A DNA stretch of 64,000 nt from Gemmatimonadota bacterium (GTDB taxonomy: Bacteria; JAAXHH01). Made by a program: the position numbers and the translations under genes. The notes under the pieces are model-generated. The model worked only from the letters and a program-made list of their open reading frames with translations. It made no database searches and was not told the origin of the DNA. Each line of letters starts with the position of its first letter. The stretch's first letter is position 1. The stretch lies in assembly GCA_026705925.1 (NCBI GenBank), contig JAPOZT010000015.1, forward strand, positions 123,144-187,143. Direction: 5' to 3'. Of the stretch, positions 46,375 to 56,090 are shown piece by piece.

Positions 46375-48357
46375 TTACCAGCCGTCCACGACGTGTCCGG
46401 CACCCGGGAACCAGACCGCGTCCACCAGGAAGGTGAGGAATACGCCCAGGGCATAGCCGGCGAGAATGCCGATAAACAGCGGCTGGCCCTTGCGATAGAG
46501 CGCTACGCCACCGAGGCGAAGGACCGCCGTCTTGACGATCCAGACAATCAGGATGGAAAGGAAGGCCATATCCGCCGCGTAGGTGGTGACGATCCCGAAT
46601 CCCACGGGATGAAGGGGCCAGAAGTGTAGCCGGTGATGGGCCCAGACCAGAAATGTCGAGATCAGGACGCCGCTCAAAACCATGGTCAGCTGGGATTGCG
46701 TCATGGCCTGCGGGTTCGTAAGAAAAGTCTCCAACTGCGCCCAGTAACCCTTCGCCCCGGATTCGAAACCACCTGCCGTGAGCTGGGACGCCCCCATGTC
46801 ATATCCCAGATAGAGCGTATACACCACGGCGGTCATGAAACCGATGGCCAGCGAAAGTGCGATGGCGCCGAATACCCCCCTGCCCACGCCGCCGATTACA
46901 TCACCTACCTTTGCGGCATGGGCCATGGAACACATGCCAAGTGTCCTCCAGTTTCGGGTGAAGGTCTGGCACAGCCACATCCCCGTGATGGTCCGGGCGT
47001 TGATGTGCTCCGATCCGACAAACCTGAAGGTGATTTCGTTTGCGCTGTTATAGGGTAGGTCCAGCGACGCCAGGCCGGTCTCCGCCACCACGCGGGTTAC
47101 GCCCATGTACAGGATCAGCAGCACGAACATCATGAGGGCCACGACCCAGAGCGTCATGCCGCTGCTCCACAGGAGGAAAACCATGTAAATCGAACCGACG
47201 GAGAAAGATAGCACGGCCGTACGGTACGAGAAGAACTCCCGCGAATCATCGATTTCAGGCGCCCTTCCCAGGGCTTTCCGGATCACGTCGCGGATATGCC
47301 TCCGTGCCATCCACAGCCCGAACAGCACGAAGACGAAAAACCCGGACAGGTGCTGGAAGTGCATCATTTCCAGAGGACCCGGCACGCCGACGCGGGTCAT
47401 CACGCCCTGCTGCACGATGCGGATGAGGTAGAACAGCCAGACGCTGAGCAGCACTTCCACCCGCGTGAAGTAGGCCACCCCGATCAGCAGGAAGTTCAGA
47501 CGAATCTGGATGGGATGAAAAGCTTCGTACAGGGTGAGGGGAAAGGCGTGCCCCGCGCCGAGGGGGATGACGGGCACGAGGCCAAAGAAACTGCCCACAT
47601 TCCAGGTCATGATGAACAGCGTGAGGCCGAAACCCCACCAGAACAATTTCACACGGGCGATTCTGGGAAACAGGGCCCTGTCCTCCGCGCCGTCTACCAG
47701 CGAGAGCGGCACCTGGGCCAGGGGGAAGGCCAGGCGCTCGTGTTCGACCCACTGCTTCCGGAGCATGACCATGATCGATGCGCCGACCATGAACAGGGCG
47801 ATGTAGAACGTCACCCACCAGAACATGGGCACGAACCAGATCTGCCAGCGTATGTTTCTCGTGGAATACACGCCTTCGTAGAACTGGTTCAGCCCGCCAA
47901 GGTGGTTCGGGACCACCAGCCAGGACGGCAGATAGTCGAGGAACAGGTCCGCCCACCGGTTTTCCGGCGTGGCGTGGTAGAAAGGGCCGCTGATGATGGA
48001 TACCGCGTAATTACTGAAGGCCCAGCCGGGTATGACGGAAGCCGTGAAGACCAGGAAGAAGATCACGATGAGTTCCTGGCTGGTGAACGGACGGCTGAAA
48101 CCCGATAGTTTCAGAAAGGGATTGACCAGGAGGACCATCAGGAGGAAAGGCAGCAGCGCCGCGACCGGAAGGTGTGTGACCGTGATGAATGAGCCGCGTG
48201 TAACGAATTCGGAAGAGATCGACCAGATGGTCAACAGAATGGTGAAGACGCATCCGATCACCACGGCCCTGAGCGTGAGGCCGGCGGAAACGGGCCGCGC
48301 TACGGGAGTTGCGGAGGACCTTTCCCGATCGGAGTGTGGCAATGTGGCTGTGGACAT
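46375..48357 (-). CDS. Polytopic membrane protein, DUF6785/DUF6784-like putative transporter
   Basis: GLTLRAVVIG, LRKQWVEHERLAFPL, RVVAETG, FWPLHPVGF, LRLGGVALYRKGQPLFIGILAG. Confidence 0.75.
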   Translation of the reverse strand: MSTATLPHSDRERSSATPVARPVSAGLTLRAVVIGCVFTILLTIWSISSEFVTRGSFITVTHLPVAALLPFLLMVLLVNPFLKLSGFSRPFTSQELIVIFFLVFTASVIPGWAFSNYAVSIISGPFYHATPENRWADLFLDYLPSWLVVPNHLGGLNQFYEGVYSTRNIRWQIWFVPMFWWVTFYIALFMVGASIMVMLRKQWVEHERLAFPLAQVPLSLVDGAEDRALFPRIARVKLFWWGFGLTLFIMTWNVGSFFGLVPVIPLGAGHAFPLTLYEAFHPIQIRLNFLLIGVAYFTRVEVLLSVWLFYLIRIVQQGVMTRVGVPGPLEMMHFQHLSGFFVFVLFGLWMARRHIRDVIRKALGRAPEIDDSREFFSYRTAVLSFSVGSIYMVFLLWSSGMTLWVVALMMFVLLILYMGVTRVVAETGLASLDLPYNSANEITFRFVGSEHINARTITGMWLCQTFTRNWRTLGMCSMAHAAKVGDVIGGVGRGVFGAIALSLAIGFMTAVVYTLYLGYDMGASQLTAGGFESGAKGYWAQLETFLTNPQAMTQSQLTMVLSGVLISTFLVWAHHRLHFWPLHPVGFGIVTTYAADMAFLSILIVWIVKTAVLRLGGVALYRKGQPLFIGILAGYALGVFLTFLVDAVWFPGAGHVVDGW

Positions 48358-48461
48358 GGTCGCAGGGGTGTATGCGGGGCGGACTGTGGACTATGCCTAC
48401 TATTGAACCGGTCCGTTCCAATTCACGCGTTCACGACGCATTCACGCGCCTTTCCTCGAAA

Positions 48462-49292
48462 TTACGCGTCTTCCACGCACGCCCGAAGCCTTGCCAGTCC
48501 TTTTCGTGCCGTGGTCACCGGCCCTTCGGCCCAGTAGGCGGGATTGAACAGTTCGAGCGACAGCATGCCCCGGTATTCCTGCCGTTCCAGGCTGGCGACG
48601 ATCTCGTCCCAGGGCGCTTCGCCATCTCCGGGATAGACCCGGTGCTCGTCTTCGATGTCCGTACGGGACGGGTCTGCAGGATAGTCGTTCATGTGGACCA
48701 GGCCCAGGCGGCCGGGATCGAGGTAGTCCATCCCGTGCTGGTGCCCGCTTCCCTTGTACATGTGAAAGATGTCCGTCAGCAGTCTGGCGTCACGCACCCC
48801 GCTCTCGGCGGCCACGAGCAGGGCTTCTCCGACCGTTCCCAGCGTCCGGGACACCCCCCAGAACTCCAGCAGGGGTTTCGGGGAGAAATCCGAAACCGCC
48901 TCCGTCAGTTCAGCGAATCTCCGGGCGACGGAAAAAAGGTCTACTTCCCGGTCGTGGATCCCCTTCGGGGCCGTGGCTACAAAGGGGCATTCCAGGACCT
49001 GCGCCATTTCGAAGCACCGTCGTGCCTCTTCCAGTCCCCGGGCATGCCGGTCTTTTTCGGGAACAGCCCATTCGAAGAAGGCGATCAGGTTCACGATCCG
49101 GATGCCCCGTCCTGCAGCGTGGTTCCGCAGTTGTGTCAACGTTCCGCCCGCTTCGACCCAGGCATCGATTTCCTCCACCCAGGGTTCGATCCCGTCATAT
49201 CCGGCATCGGCCGCGATATCCACGTATTCCAGCACGGAAACACCGGGCGATCGGATCGTACTCGTGTTGAGGCAGTAGTCAAAGCGTCCCAT
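48462..49292 (-). CDS. Sugar phosphate isomerase/epimerase (TIM barrel)
   Basis: CLNTSTIR, GYDGIEPW, LEFWG, DIFHMYKG, HMNDY, RVYPGDG, SLELFN. Confidence 0.9.
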   Translation of the reverse strand: MGRFDYCLNTSTIRSPGVSVLEYVDIAADAGYDGIEPWVEEIDAWVEAGGTLTQLRNHAAGRGIRIVNLIAFFEWAVPEKDRHARGLEEARRCFEMAQVLECPFVATAPKGIHDREVDLFSVARRFAELTEAVSDFSPKPLLEFWGVSRTLGTVGEALLVAAESGVRDARLLTDIFHMYKGSGHQHGMDYLDPGRLGLVHMNDYPADPSRTDIEDEHRVYPGDGEAPWDEIVASLERQEYRGMLSLELFNPAYWAEGPVTTARKGLARLRACVEDA

Positions 49293-49483
49293 CGATTGCT
49301 TCCCTCCGAGAGTCCGCCGTTTCAACCGATTCGGGTCGGGCACGGACGGTGCAACGGCTAAGTCTATTTGCTTGGTTCAGGCTTCGAATCAATTTAGTGT
49401 ATGTTACAAAAAAAAGTACCGTTTTAACGGTTTTCTTCTATATTGTATACCGCTTTAAACAGTACCTCGTCCAGTACCCCGCA

Positions 49484-50428
49484 ATGATGACGTCAGGATC
49501 GAATGTGAGATACGTTTCGCGCTTCCCGAGGTTTGTTCTTCTCCTTAGTTTCCTGCTGATTTCCAGGTTTGCTGCCGGTCAGGTGACCGAAACGGATGTC
49601 ATCGGTTCCGCCGTGACTCTTCAGGGTACTCCGGAACGAATCATATCGCTCATACCGAGCAACACGGAACTGCTTTTCGCCGTGGGCGCGGGAAGTTCGG
49701 TCGTGGGGGTCACGAACTACTGCGATTATCCACCGGAAGCCACGGAAATTGAAAAGATCGGCGACGTCACGACGATGAGTCTCGAGAAAATCGTGGCGCT
49801 CGATCCTGATCTCGTACTGGCCTCAAAGGGAAACGCCAGAGAACTGGTATACAGCCTTAAAGCACTGGATATTCCGGTGTTCGTCCTCGACCCCCAGTCG
49901 ATCGAGGATGTGCTCGATGCGATCGGCACGGTGGGCAGGCTTGTCGGGCGCGAGGAATTGGCACGCGAGCTTACCGACGAGTACCGCCAACGGCTGGCTG
50001 CGGTGGCGGAGCGCATCGACGGCCTGACCGAAAACGAACGTCCCAGGATATTCGTCGGCAGCCCCTTCCGGGACGAGAACTGGACCCCCGGACCTGAAAC
50101 GTTCACTTCGGCCGTGATTCAACGGGCCGGCGGGCGGAACGTGGCCGACGACCTGGCACCGGGTACGTGGGCGGTGTACAACCTGGAAAACATCGTGTCA
50201 AAGGATCCCCAGGTCCTCCTTTCCACGCTGGGTGAAGGACAGGACGCGGAGGAAGTCCGGGCGAGATATCTGGAAAGGGCGAAGTCGCTGAAAGGCTGGC
50301 AGGGCCTGGACGCCGTGCGCAATGAACGCATCGTCCTGATCCCCGAAAACTGGCTGCTTCGTCCCGCACCCAGGCTCTTCCGCGCGATCGAGACCCTGGC
50401 GGTCGCCTTGCATCCGAACCTTTTCTGA
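49484..50428 (+). CDS. Cobalamin/Fe-siderophore ABC substrate-binding protein (BtuF-like)
   Basis: PERIISLIPSNTELLFAVG, VGVTNYCDYPPE, EKIVALDPDLVL, AVRNERI, RPAPR. Confidence 0.88.
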   Translation: MMTSGSNVRYVSRFPRFVLLLSFLLISRFAAGQVTETDVIGSAVTLQGTPERIISLIPSNTELLFAVGAGSSVVGVTNYCDYPPEATEIEKIGDVTTMSLEKIVALDPDLVLASKGNARELVYSLKALDIPVFVLDPQSIEDVLDAIGTVGRLVGREELARELTDEYRQRLAAVAERIDGLTENERPRIFVGSPFRDENWTPGPETFTSAVIQRAGGRNVADDLAPGTWAVYNLENIVSKDPQVLLSTLGEGQDAEEVRARYLERAKSLKGWQGLDAVRNERIVLIPENWLLRPAPRLFRAIETLAVALHPNLF

Positions 50429-50501
50429 TTTTCCGGACCTATCTCGGATTGGTCCCTGACTGAAGATTCAGTACGAAACTAAACCCAACCGTACCTCTTC
50501 C

Positions 50502-52694
50502 ATGCCGCTGATCAACAAGATTCCATCCGAACTGACCCATCTGATCCGGTCCGGCCTGCCCGCAGGCGAGGACCATGGCGATCTCCTTTTCGCCTGCAAG
50601 ACCGACCTGGCGCCAGACGGCCGCATTGACGAATCGATGCTGGCCGTGACCCGGCGGCACCTGGTGGTTGCAACCCGGTCCGACGGGGCTTGGACGCTGA
50701 CCCATTCCCTGTCCCTGGCGAAGATCGACGGCCTGACCGTGGAGCCCCTGGTCGGTGCGAGTGCACTCGTGGCCGAGGTGGACGGTAAGAGCATTCGGCT
50801 GCTCCGGTACACCCATGCCGTGGCGCAGGACATGACCGACGCCGTCGAGTCTCTGTTGCACCTGATCGGCCCCGACGGCAGCACGGATCACACGGAGCCC
50901 GTTGCCGAGGAACCGGTCCCGGACTGGTCGAGCCGCGAGGCCCACCTGCGCACGTTTGGGCGATTGTGGTCTTTCTGCCTGCCCCACTGGCGCAAGCTGG
51001 TCATCGCCATGGTGGTCACGGTTGCCGCGTCGGCTATCGACCTGCTGCCCCCGTACCTGACCATGATCCTCGTCGACCAGGTCCTGGTGGACCAGAGCAT
51101 GTTCATTTGGCTACCTACGATCGTCGCGCTCCTGGCCGTTTCCCGGATCGTCCATACCGGGGTGACCATCATCAGCGGGAGAATGCTGGCCGTGCTGGGA
51201 GACCGCCTGGCCTACGACGCGCGGTCCGAACTGCTGAACGTGCTGCAGCTCCTGCCCCTCAAGTACTATGACATGCAGCAGACGGGCGGTCTCATGGCCC
51301 GCATCGCCCGGGACGCCAAGTCGATCCACTACTTCTGGATCGATTTCGCACCGCAGGTGGTCCAGCAGGGACTGCTCGTGATCGGCATGACCGCAGTACT
51401 GTTCTACCTCAACTGGGAGCTGGCGCTCCTCGTCCTGATCCCCATTCCCGCCATTATCTTCGCCTCGGTCCATATCAAGCGGTACCTGATGTGGTTCTAC
51501 GGCAGGTCGTGGGACAGTTGGGCGACCTTCTTCGAGCGGGTGAACGACGCGCTGGCCGGCATCCGGGTCGTGAAGATCTTCGCCCAGGAGAAACGGCAAA
51601 GCCGGGACATGCAGCTCGAGAACGAGAAGGTGTTCACGGCCGAACGCAACATCCATGTCCGTTCGCGCACGGTGCGCCCGCTGCTCGCGTTCCTCGTGTC
51701 CGTGGGCGGACTGCTCGTTCTGTGGTACGGCGGCCTCCTGGTGCAGTCGAACGCTATGACGATCGGCATGCTGGTGGCCTTCCTCCTCTACCTGGCCATG
51801 TTCTACAGTCCCGTGCAGCAACTGACCGGCATGGCCGATTGGATCCCGGAGATGATGACGGCCATCACCCGGACTTTCGAAGTCATCGACAGTCCTATCG
51901 AGGAGTACACGCCGGCCGGGATCGTTGACGTGCCCCGATTTGAGGGCCGCCTGCAGTTGCAGGACGTCAATTTCGGTTACGTGGCGCATCAGCCGGTGCT
52001 GAAGGGGATCAACCTGCACGTCGAACCGGGCGAGATGATCGGGCTTGTGGGGCACTCGGGCGCCGGGAAGTCCACCCTGATCAAGCTGATGTGCCGATTC
52101 TACGACGTCGACGACGGGCGCATCCTGATCGATGGAACCGATGTGCGCCGTATGGACCTGACGCAACTGCGCAGCCAGATCGGTTACGTGGAGCAGGACC
52201 CCTTCCTGTTCTCCGGTTCCGTGGCCGACAACATCCGCTTCGGCAACCAGGAAGCGTCCCGGGAGGAGATCATTGAGGCCGCCATCAACGCGAATGCCCA
52301 CGAGTTCATCGTCAAGCTGCCCGATGGCTACGATACGCCCGTCGGGGAACGGGGCGGCAGGCTTTCCGGCGGGGAGCGCCAGCGGGTCGCGATCGCCCGG
52401 GCCATCCTGCACGACCCGAGGATCCTGATCCTCGACGAACCCACGTCGGCCCTCGACCTGGAGACGGAGAAGAAGATCCAGGAAGCCCTGGGGCGGCTCA
52501 TGGAGGGCCGCACGACGCTCGCCATCGCCCACCGCCTGTCCACCCTGAGAGACGCCGACCGCCTGCTCGTCCTGAAAAACGGCGAGCCGGTGGAACTGGG
52601 CACCCACGAGGAGCTGCTGGACCGGCAGGGCGAGTATTACCGCCTGGTCCAGCTGCACACCAACGTCTCCAGTATCGTGGGCGTGGAGGGGTAG
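50502..52694 (+). CDS. ABC exporter, fused permease/ATP-binding, with N-terminal extension
   Basis: GHSGAGKST Walker A, LSGGERQR, ILDEPTSALD, IAHRLST; TM domain. Confidence 0.93.
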   Translation: MPLINKIPSELTHLIRSGLPAGEDHGDLLFACKTDLAPDGRIDESMLAVTRRHLVVATRSDGAWTLTHSLSLAKIDGLTVEPLVGASALVAEVDGKSIRLLRYTHAVAQDMTDAVESLLHLIGPDGSTDHTEPVAEEPVPDWSSREAHLRTFGRLWSFCLPHWRKLVIAMVVTVAASAIDLLPPYLTMILVDQVLVDQSMFIWLPTIVALLAVSRIVHTGVTIISGRMLAVLGDRLAYDARSELLNVLQLLPLKYYDMQQTGGLMARIARDAKSIHYFWIDFAPQVVQQGLLVIGMTAVLFYLNWELALLVLIPIPAIIFASVHIKRYLMWFYGRSWDSWATFFERVNDALAGIRVVKIFAQEKRQSRDMQLENEKVFTAERNIHVRSRTVRPLLAFLVSVGGLLVLWYGGLLVQSNAMTIGMLVAFLLYLAMFYSPVQQLTGMADWIPEMMTAITRTFEVIDSPIEEYTPAGIVDVPRFEGRLQLQDVNFGYVAHQPVLKGINLHVEPGEMIGLVGHSGAGKSTLIKLMCRFYDVDDGRILIDGTDVRRMDLTQLRSQIGYVEQDPFLFSGSVADNIRFGNQEASREEIIEAAINANAHEFIVKLPDGYDTPVGERGGRLSGGERQRVAIARAILHDPRILILDEPTSALDLETEKKIQEALGRLMEGRTTLAIAHRLSTLRDADRLLVLKNGEPVELGTHEELLDRQGEYYRLVQLHTNVSSIVGVEG

Positions 52695-52697
52695 TAC

Positions 52698-53177
52698 ATG
52701 TCCTTTCTCGATCCGGCCGCCGTTCACCTCGAGCGGCGGGACGACCAGCCGCCCACCCTTTCCATCGCGGGCGACCTGTTCTTCAGCGTCAAGATCCGCC
52801 AGGCTTTTCCGCTATCCCGGGAAAGCCGGTACATCACCTTTTTCGACCAGGATGACGAATACCTGGGCATCCTGGCCGACCCGTCGTCGTGCGACGAAGA
52901 GACCGGGCGCATCATCCGGGACGAGATCGAATGGCGCTATTTCCGCCCGAGGATAACGCGTATCGTGGAAATGGAAGGCCGGGGAGGGACGTCGCTGTTC
53001 TCCGTGGAGACGGATCGTGGTGACGTCAAGATCCCGATGCGGGACCTGAGGGAAGGCATGGTGGAACTGGCGCCCGGCCGTATCCTGATCACGGACGAGA
53101 ACGGCAACCGGTACGAAATCTCCGACCTCGACCGGCTGGACCGACGCAGCAGACGCCTGATTCGGCGCCTGATCTGA
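52698..53177 (+). CDS. DUF1854 domain protein
   Basis: RQAFPLS, WRYFRPRITRI, VETDRG, ITDENGNRYEI..LDRRSRR; typical partner of the upstream ABC exporter. Confidence 0.85.
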   Translation: MSFLDPAAVHLERRDDQPPTLSIAGDLFFSVKIRQAFPLSRESRYITFFDQDDEYLGILADPSSCDEETGRIIRDEIEWRYFRPRITRIVEMEGRGGTSLFSVETDRGDVKIPMRDLREGMVELAPGRILITDENGNRYEISDLDRLDRRSRRLIRRLI

Positions 53178-53534
53178 TTAGTTCAACAGGATCGGCGCGA
53201 TCTTCGCATAGGCCGTCTTGAACCCCAGCACGGCCAGGTAGATCCCTACCCCCAGCAAGACGATCAGGATAGTACCGATGGCGACCAGCAGTGGCTTGCT
53301 TGCGGCGAACCGCTGTTTGAGCCGCTCCACCTTGGCGTAGATTTCCGGATACTTGTGTTCCAGCCTGGCCAACATGCGCTGGGCGAAGGCGTAACGCGTG
53401 GAAAGGATCGTCAGCCCAATCACCATGAACAGTACACCCTGCAGCAGTGGGAGGAAGACACCCAGGGCGCCTATTACGATAAAAGCCCATCCGAATACGT
53501 CCTGGGCGATGCGTATCAGTAGTTTGCGCTCTAT
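53178..53534 (-). CDS. Small membrane protein (PGPGW/DUF454-like), probable ATA start
   Basis: Frame is open above the listed ATG: ERKLLIRIAQDVFGWAFIVIGALGVFLPLLQGVLF-MVIGLTILS; in-frame TAA at 53555-53553. Confidence 0.65.
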   Translation of the reverse strand: MERKLLIRIAQDVFGWAFIVIGALGVFLPLLQGVLFMVIGLTILSTRYAFAQRMLARLEHKYPEIYAKVERLKQRFAASKPLLVAIGTILIVLLGVGIYLAVLGFKTAYAKIAPILLN

Positions 53535-53558
53535 CTGCTCGATTCCTATCGCTTAAAA

Positions 53559-53870
53559 TCAGTCCAGAAACGCGAGGGCTTCCCGCATTTCGTCCAGGTC
53601 CTTGGCGTCGCCCTGACGTTCCGCCACGACGATCCCCTGCTCGTAGCATCTGCGGGCTTCATCATCGCGGTCCAGCTGTTCGTAAACCCGACCGGCCTGG
53701 TGATAGCCCGCCGTGTAGTCCGGCGAAGCCGCCATGAGCCGTTCGAGGATTTCGGCGGCCTGATCTAGCCGGTTCGAACTCACGTATTCCAGCGCGATCG
53801 CGTACTGGATGAAGGGATCGCCCGGGTCCTTGCTGGCGAGCAGCTCAAGTTGTTCGAGGCGCGAATTCAT
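53559..53870 (-). CDS. Tetratricopeptide repeat protein
   Basis: SRLEQL..DPGDPFIQYAIALEY, PDYTAGYHQAG, ARRCYEQGI; GGAGG RBS. Confidence 0.85.
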   Translation of the reverse strand: MNSRLEQLELLASKDPGDPFIQYAIALEYVSSNRLDQAAEILERLMAASPDYTAGYHQAGRVYEQLDRDDEARRCYEQGIVVAERQGDAKDLDEMREALAFLD

Positions 53871-53895
53871 GCCGCCCATCCTCCGCAAATCGTAC

Positions 53896-53958
53896 GTGTA
53901 TACCTTGTATCTACACCCAATTTTCTGCGTATCTACAAAGTATCTACTGTGTATAGCC
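53896..53958. repeat. 11-bp-phased direct repeats GTATCTAC in intergenic DNA
   Basis: Exact copies at 53907, 53929, 53940; degenerate at 53896 and 53951. Confidence 0.7.
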
Positions 53959-54728
53959 TATATCAGCGAACGGGACTGACAACCGTCCACGTTGATGCAG
54001 GCGCCGGTCACCCAGCTCGCCCGCTCGGATGACAGGAACACCACCACGTCCGCGATCTCTTCGGGCTTGCCGAAGCGTCCGGCGGGAAGTTCCTGCTCTA
54101 TGAACTTGCCGATGCCCTCCGGGTCCGCGTCCAGCCGCTTCTGCCAGTTGCCACCCGGGAATATGACTGAGCCCGGCGCCACCGTGTTCACGCGGATGCC
54201 GGTCTTGGCCACTTCCTTGGCGAGCGTTTTGCCCATGGAGATCTCCGCGGCCTTCGTGGCGTTGTAGGTGGCCGGACCGCCCGCTTCGCGTCCGAAGATC
54301 GAGGAAATCGTGATGATCGACCCGCCTTCCTGCGCGCGCATCGCCGGGAGCACGGCCCGCGTCGCCCGGACCGCCGCGAACATGTTCAGGTTGAACACGT
54401 GAAGCCATTCATCATCCGATACGTCGTCGAAGGGATTCCAGACGCTACCGCCCACGTTGTTGACCAGGACGTCGATGCGTCCCCACCGCGCCAGCGTCGC
54501 CTCCACGACCCGCTCTATACCCTCGGCCGTGGTCAGGTCTCCCGCTGTCGCCAGCGTTTCGACACCCTTCTGAGCGACTTCCTTCTCGGTTTCGAGCAAC
54601 CGCTCTTCCCCCCGGGCGCTCAGGCTGACGTGACATCCCTCCTCTGCCAGGCCCAGGGCGATCGATCGGCCAATGCCCCGGCTCGAGCCCGTAACCAGCG
54701 CGACTTTGTCCTTTAATCCCAGGTCCAT
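53958..54728 (-). CDS. Short-chain dehydrogenase/reductase (SDR)
   Basis: TGSSRGIG, LVNNVG, YNATK, VNTVAPG, INVDG. Confidence 0.94.
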   Translation of the reverse strand: MDLGLKDKVALVTGSSRGIGRSIALGLAEEGCHVSLSARGEERLLETEKEVAQKGVETLATAGDLTTAEGIERVVEATLARWGRIDVLVNNVGGSVWNPFDDVSDDEWLHVFNLNMFAAVRATRAVLPAMRAQEGGSIITISSIFGREAGGPATYNATKAAEISMGKTLAKEVAKTGIRVNTVAPGSVIFPGGNWQKRLDADPEGIGKFIEQELPAGRFGKPEEIADVVVFLSSERASWVTGACINVDGCQSRSLI

Positions 54729-54742
54729 TTCAAACCCTTTCG

Positions 54743-55768
54743 TTATTCGACCGGTTCGAACAGTATCTTCATGCCTTCTCTGTTCAACAGCCGGTGGAAT
54801 GCGTTTTCCCACTCGGTTAAAGGAACCACGTCGGAGACGATTGGTTCCAGCTCGATCCTGCGTTGATCCAGCATCACCATGGTGCGGTCCCAGGCATCCA
54901 GGGATCCGGCGAAGGAGGTCCGTATATCGATTTCCTTCAGTTCCGCCGGGAAGAAATCCACCTCGAAGGGGCCGCCGTGCAGGCCGATCTGCATGATGGT
55001 GCCCTGCTTCCTGACGAGTTCGATGGCCGAGCGGGTGGCCGCCGCCGACCCGGAACATTCGTACACCACGTCGGCGCCGTAGCCCTGGGTCCGATCCCTG
55101 ACGAGATCGAGCAGGTCAACCTCTTCGATGTTGACGGTCTCGTCGGCCCACCGCGCGCCGAGTTCGAGCCGCTCGGCATCGGCCGAGGTGCCCGTCAAGA
55201 TGACGTAAGCGCCTTCCGCTTTCGCCACCTGCGTGGTCAGCATGCCGATGGGGCCGGGGCCGGTCACCACCGCCACGTCGCCGGCGGTAACGGACGTGCG
55301 TATGGAAACGGCCTTGACGCAGCAGCACAGAGGTTCGCTCAACGCGCCGATGGTGAGATCAAGGTGCTCCGGAATCCTCCGCAAGGCCCAGGCGGGCATG
55401 ACCACATACTTCGTAAATACGCCGTGCACCCCGCTTCCGATGGACAGGCGGCTGTCGCACAGGCTGTGCTGGCCCGCCACACAGTACCTGCACACGCCGC
55501 AGACGACGGTGGTCGGAATGCCGGTCACCGTGTCACCCGGCCGGTATTCGTCCGTATCGGCCACCTCGTCCACGATGCCGGAGAACTCGTGGCCCATGAT
55601 CACCGGCGGGTTGTAGGGATACTCGTCCTTGTAGATGTGGATGTCCGTCCCGCAGATGCCCGCGGCCCGGATCTCCACACGGACCTCCCCGGAATCGGGC
55701 TCGGGAACCGGCATGTCCCGGACTTCCATGTTGACCGGGCCATGGTCGTATTTAACCAGTCCTTTCAT
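54743..55768 (-). CDS. Zinc-dependent alcohol dehydrogenase (sorbitol/threonine dehydrogenase-like)
   Basis: GICGTD, GHEFSG, CGVCRYC...C, GPGPIG. Confidence 0.93.
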   Translation of the reverse strand: MKGLVKYDHGPVNMEVRDMPVPEPDSGEVRVEIRAAGICGTDIHIYKDEYPYNPPVIMGHEFSGIVDEVADTDEYRPGDTVTGIPTTVVCGVCRYCVAGQHSLCDSRLSIGSGVHGVFTKYVVMPAWALRRIPEHLDLTIGALSEPLCCCVKAVSIRTSVTAGDVAVVTGPGPIGMLTTQVAKAEGAYVILTGTSADAERLELGARWADETVNIEEVDLLDLVRDRTQGYGADVVYECSGSAAATRSAIELVRKQGTIMQIGLHGGPFEVDFFPAELKEIDIRTSFAGSLDAWDRTMVMLDQRRIELEPIVSDVVPLTEWENAFHRLLNREGMKILFEPVE

Positions 55769-55896
55769 TCTCGAATCCCCACTCCGCGTACAGGAATCCT
55801 GCCGCTCAATGCACTGCCGAATCAGGCGGTCAGAATATATGCCGGCGTATAGGAGATGACAAGATCATTCACTGCCTGGATGTCCGTATTAAGGCG

Positions 55897-55925
55897 TTGA
55901 CACCCGGCAGGCCCGTTCTTAAGTT
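55897..55925 (+). promoter_or_regulatory. Putative sigma70 promoter of tRNA-Arg
   Basis: TTGACA-17 bp-TAAGTT. Confidence 0.7.
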
Positions 55926-55950
55926 GAGCACGGACCGGAACTACACTCCA

Positions 55951-56023
55951 GCCCCCGTAGCTCAGTGGATAGAGCAACGGTTTCCTAAACCGTTGGTCGG
56001 GTGTTCGACTCACCCCGGGGGTA
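55951..56023 (+). tRNA. tRNA-Arg (anticodon CCT)
   Basis: GCCCCCG/CGGGGGT acceptor, ACGGT-TTCCTAA-ACCGT anticodon arm, GTTCGAC T-loop; no encoded CCA. Confidence 0.96.
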
Positions 56024-56090
56024 TTCCCGGTCTTATGCCCATCTCTCAAGTTTCCCCCGCTTCCCCGCGCACATCCGCAGGAGGGTCTTC

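Noticed and set aside
49293..49483. Cobalamin riboswitch upstream of the BtuF-like gene
   Set aside because: No recognisable B12-box or conserved GGGAA/GCCACTG elements; region is short and AT-rich
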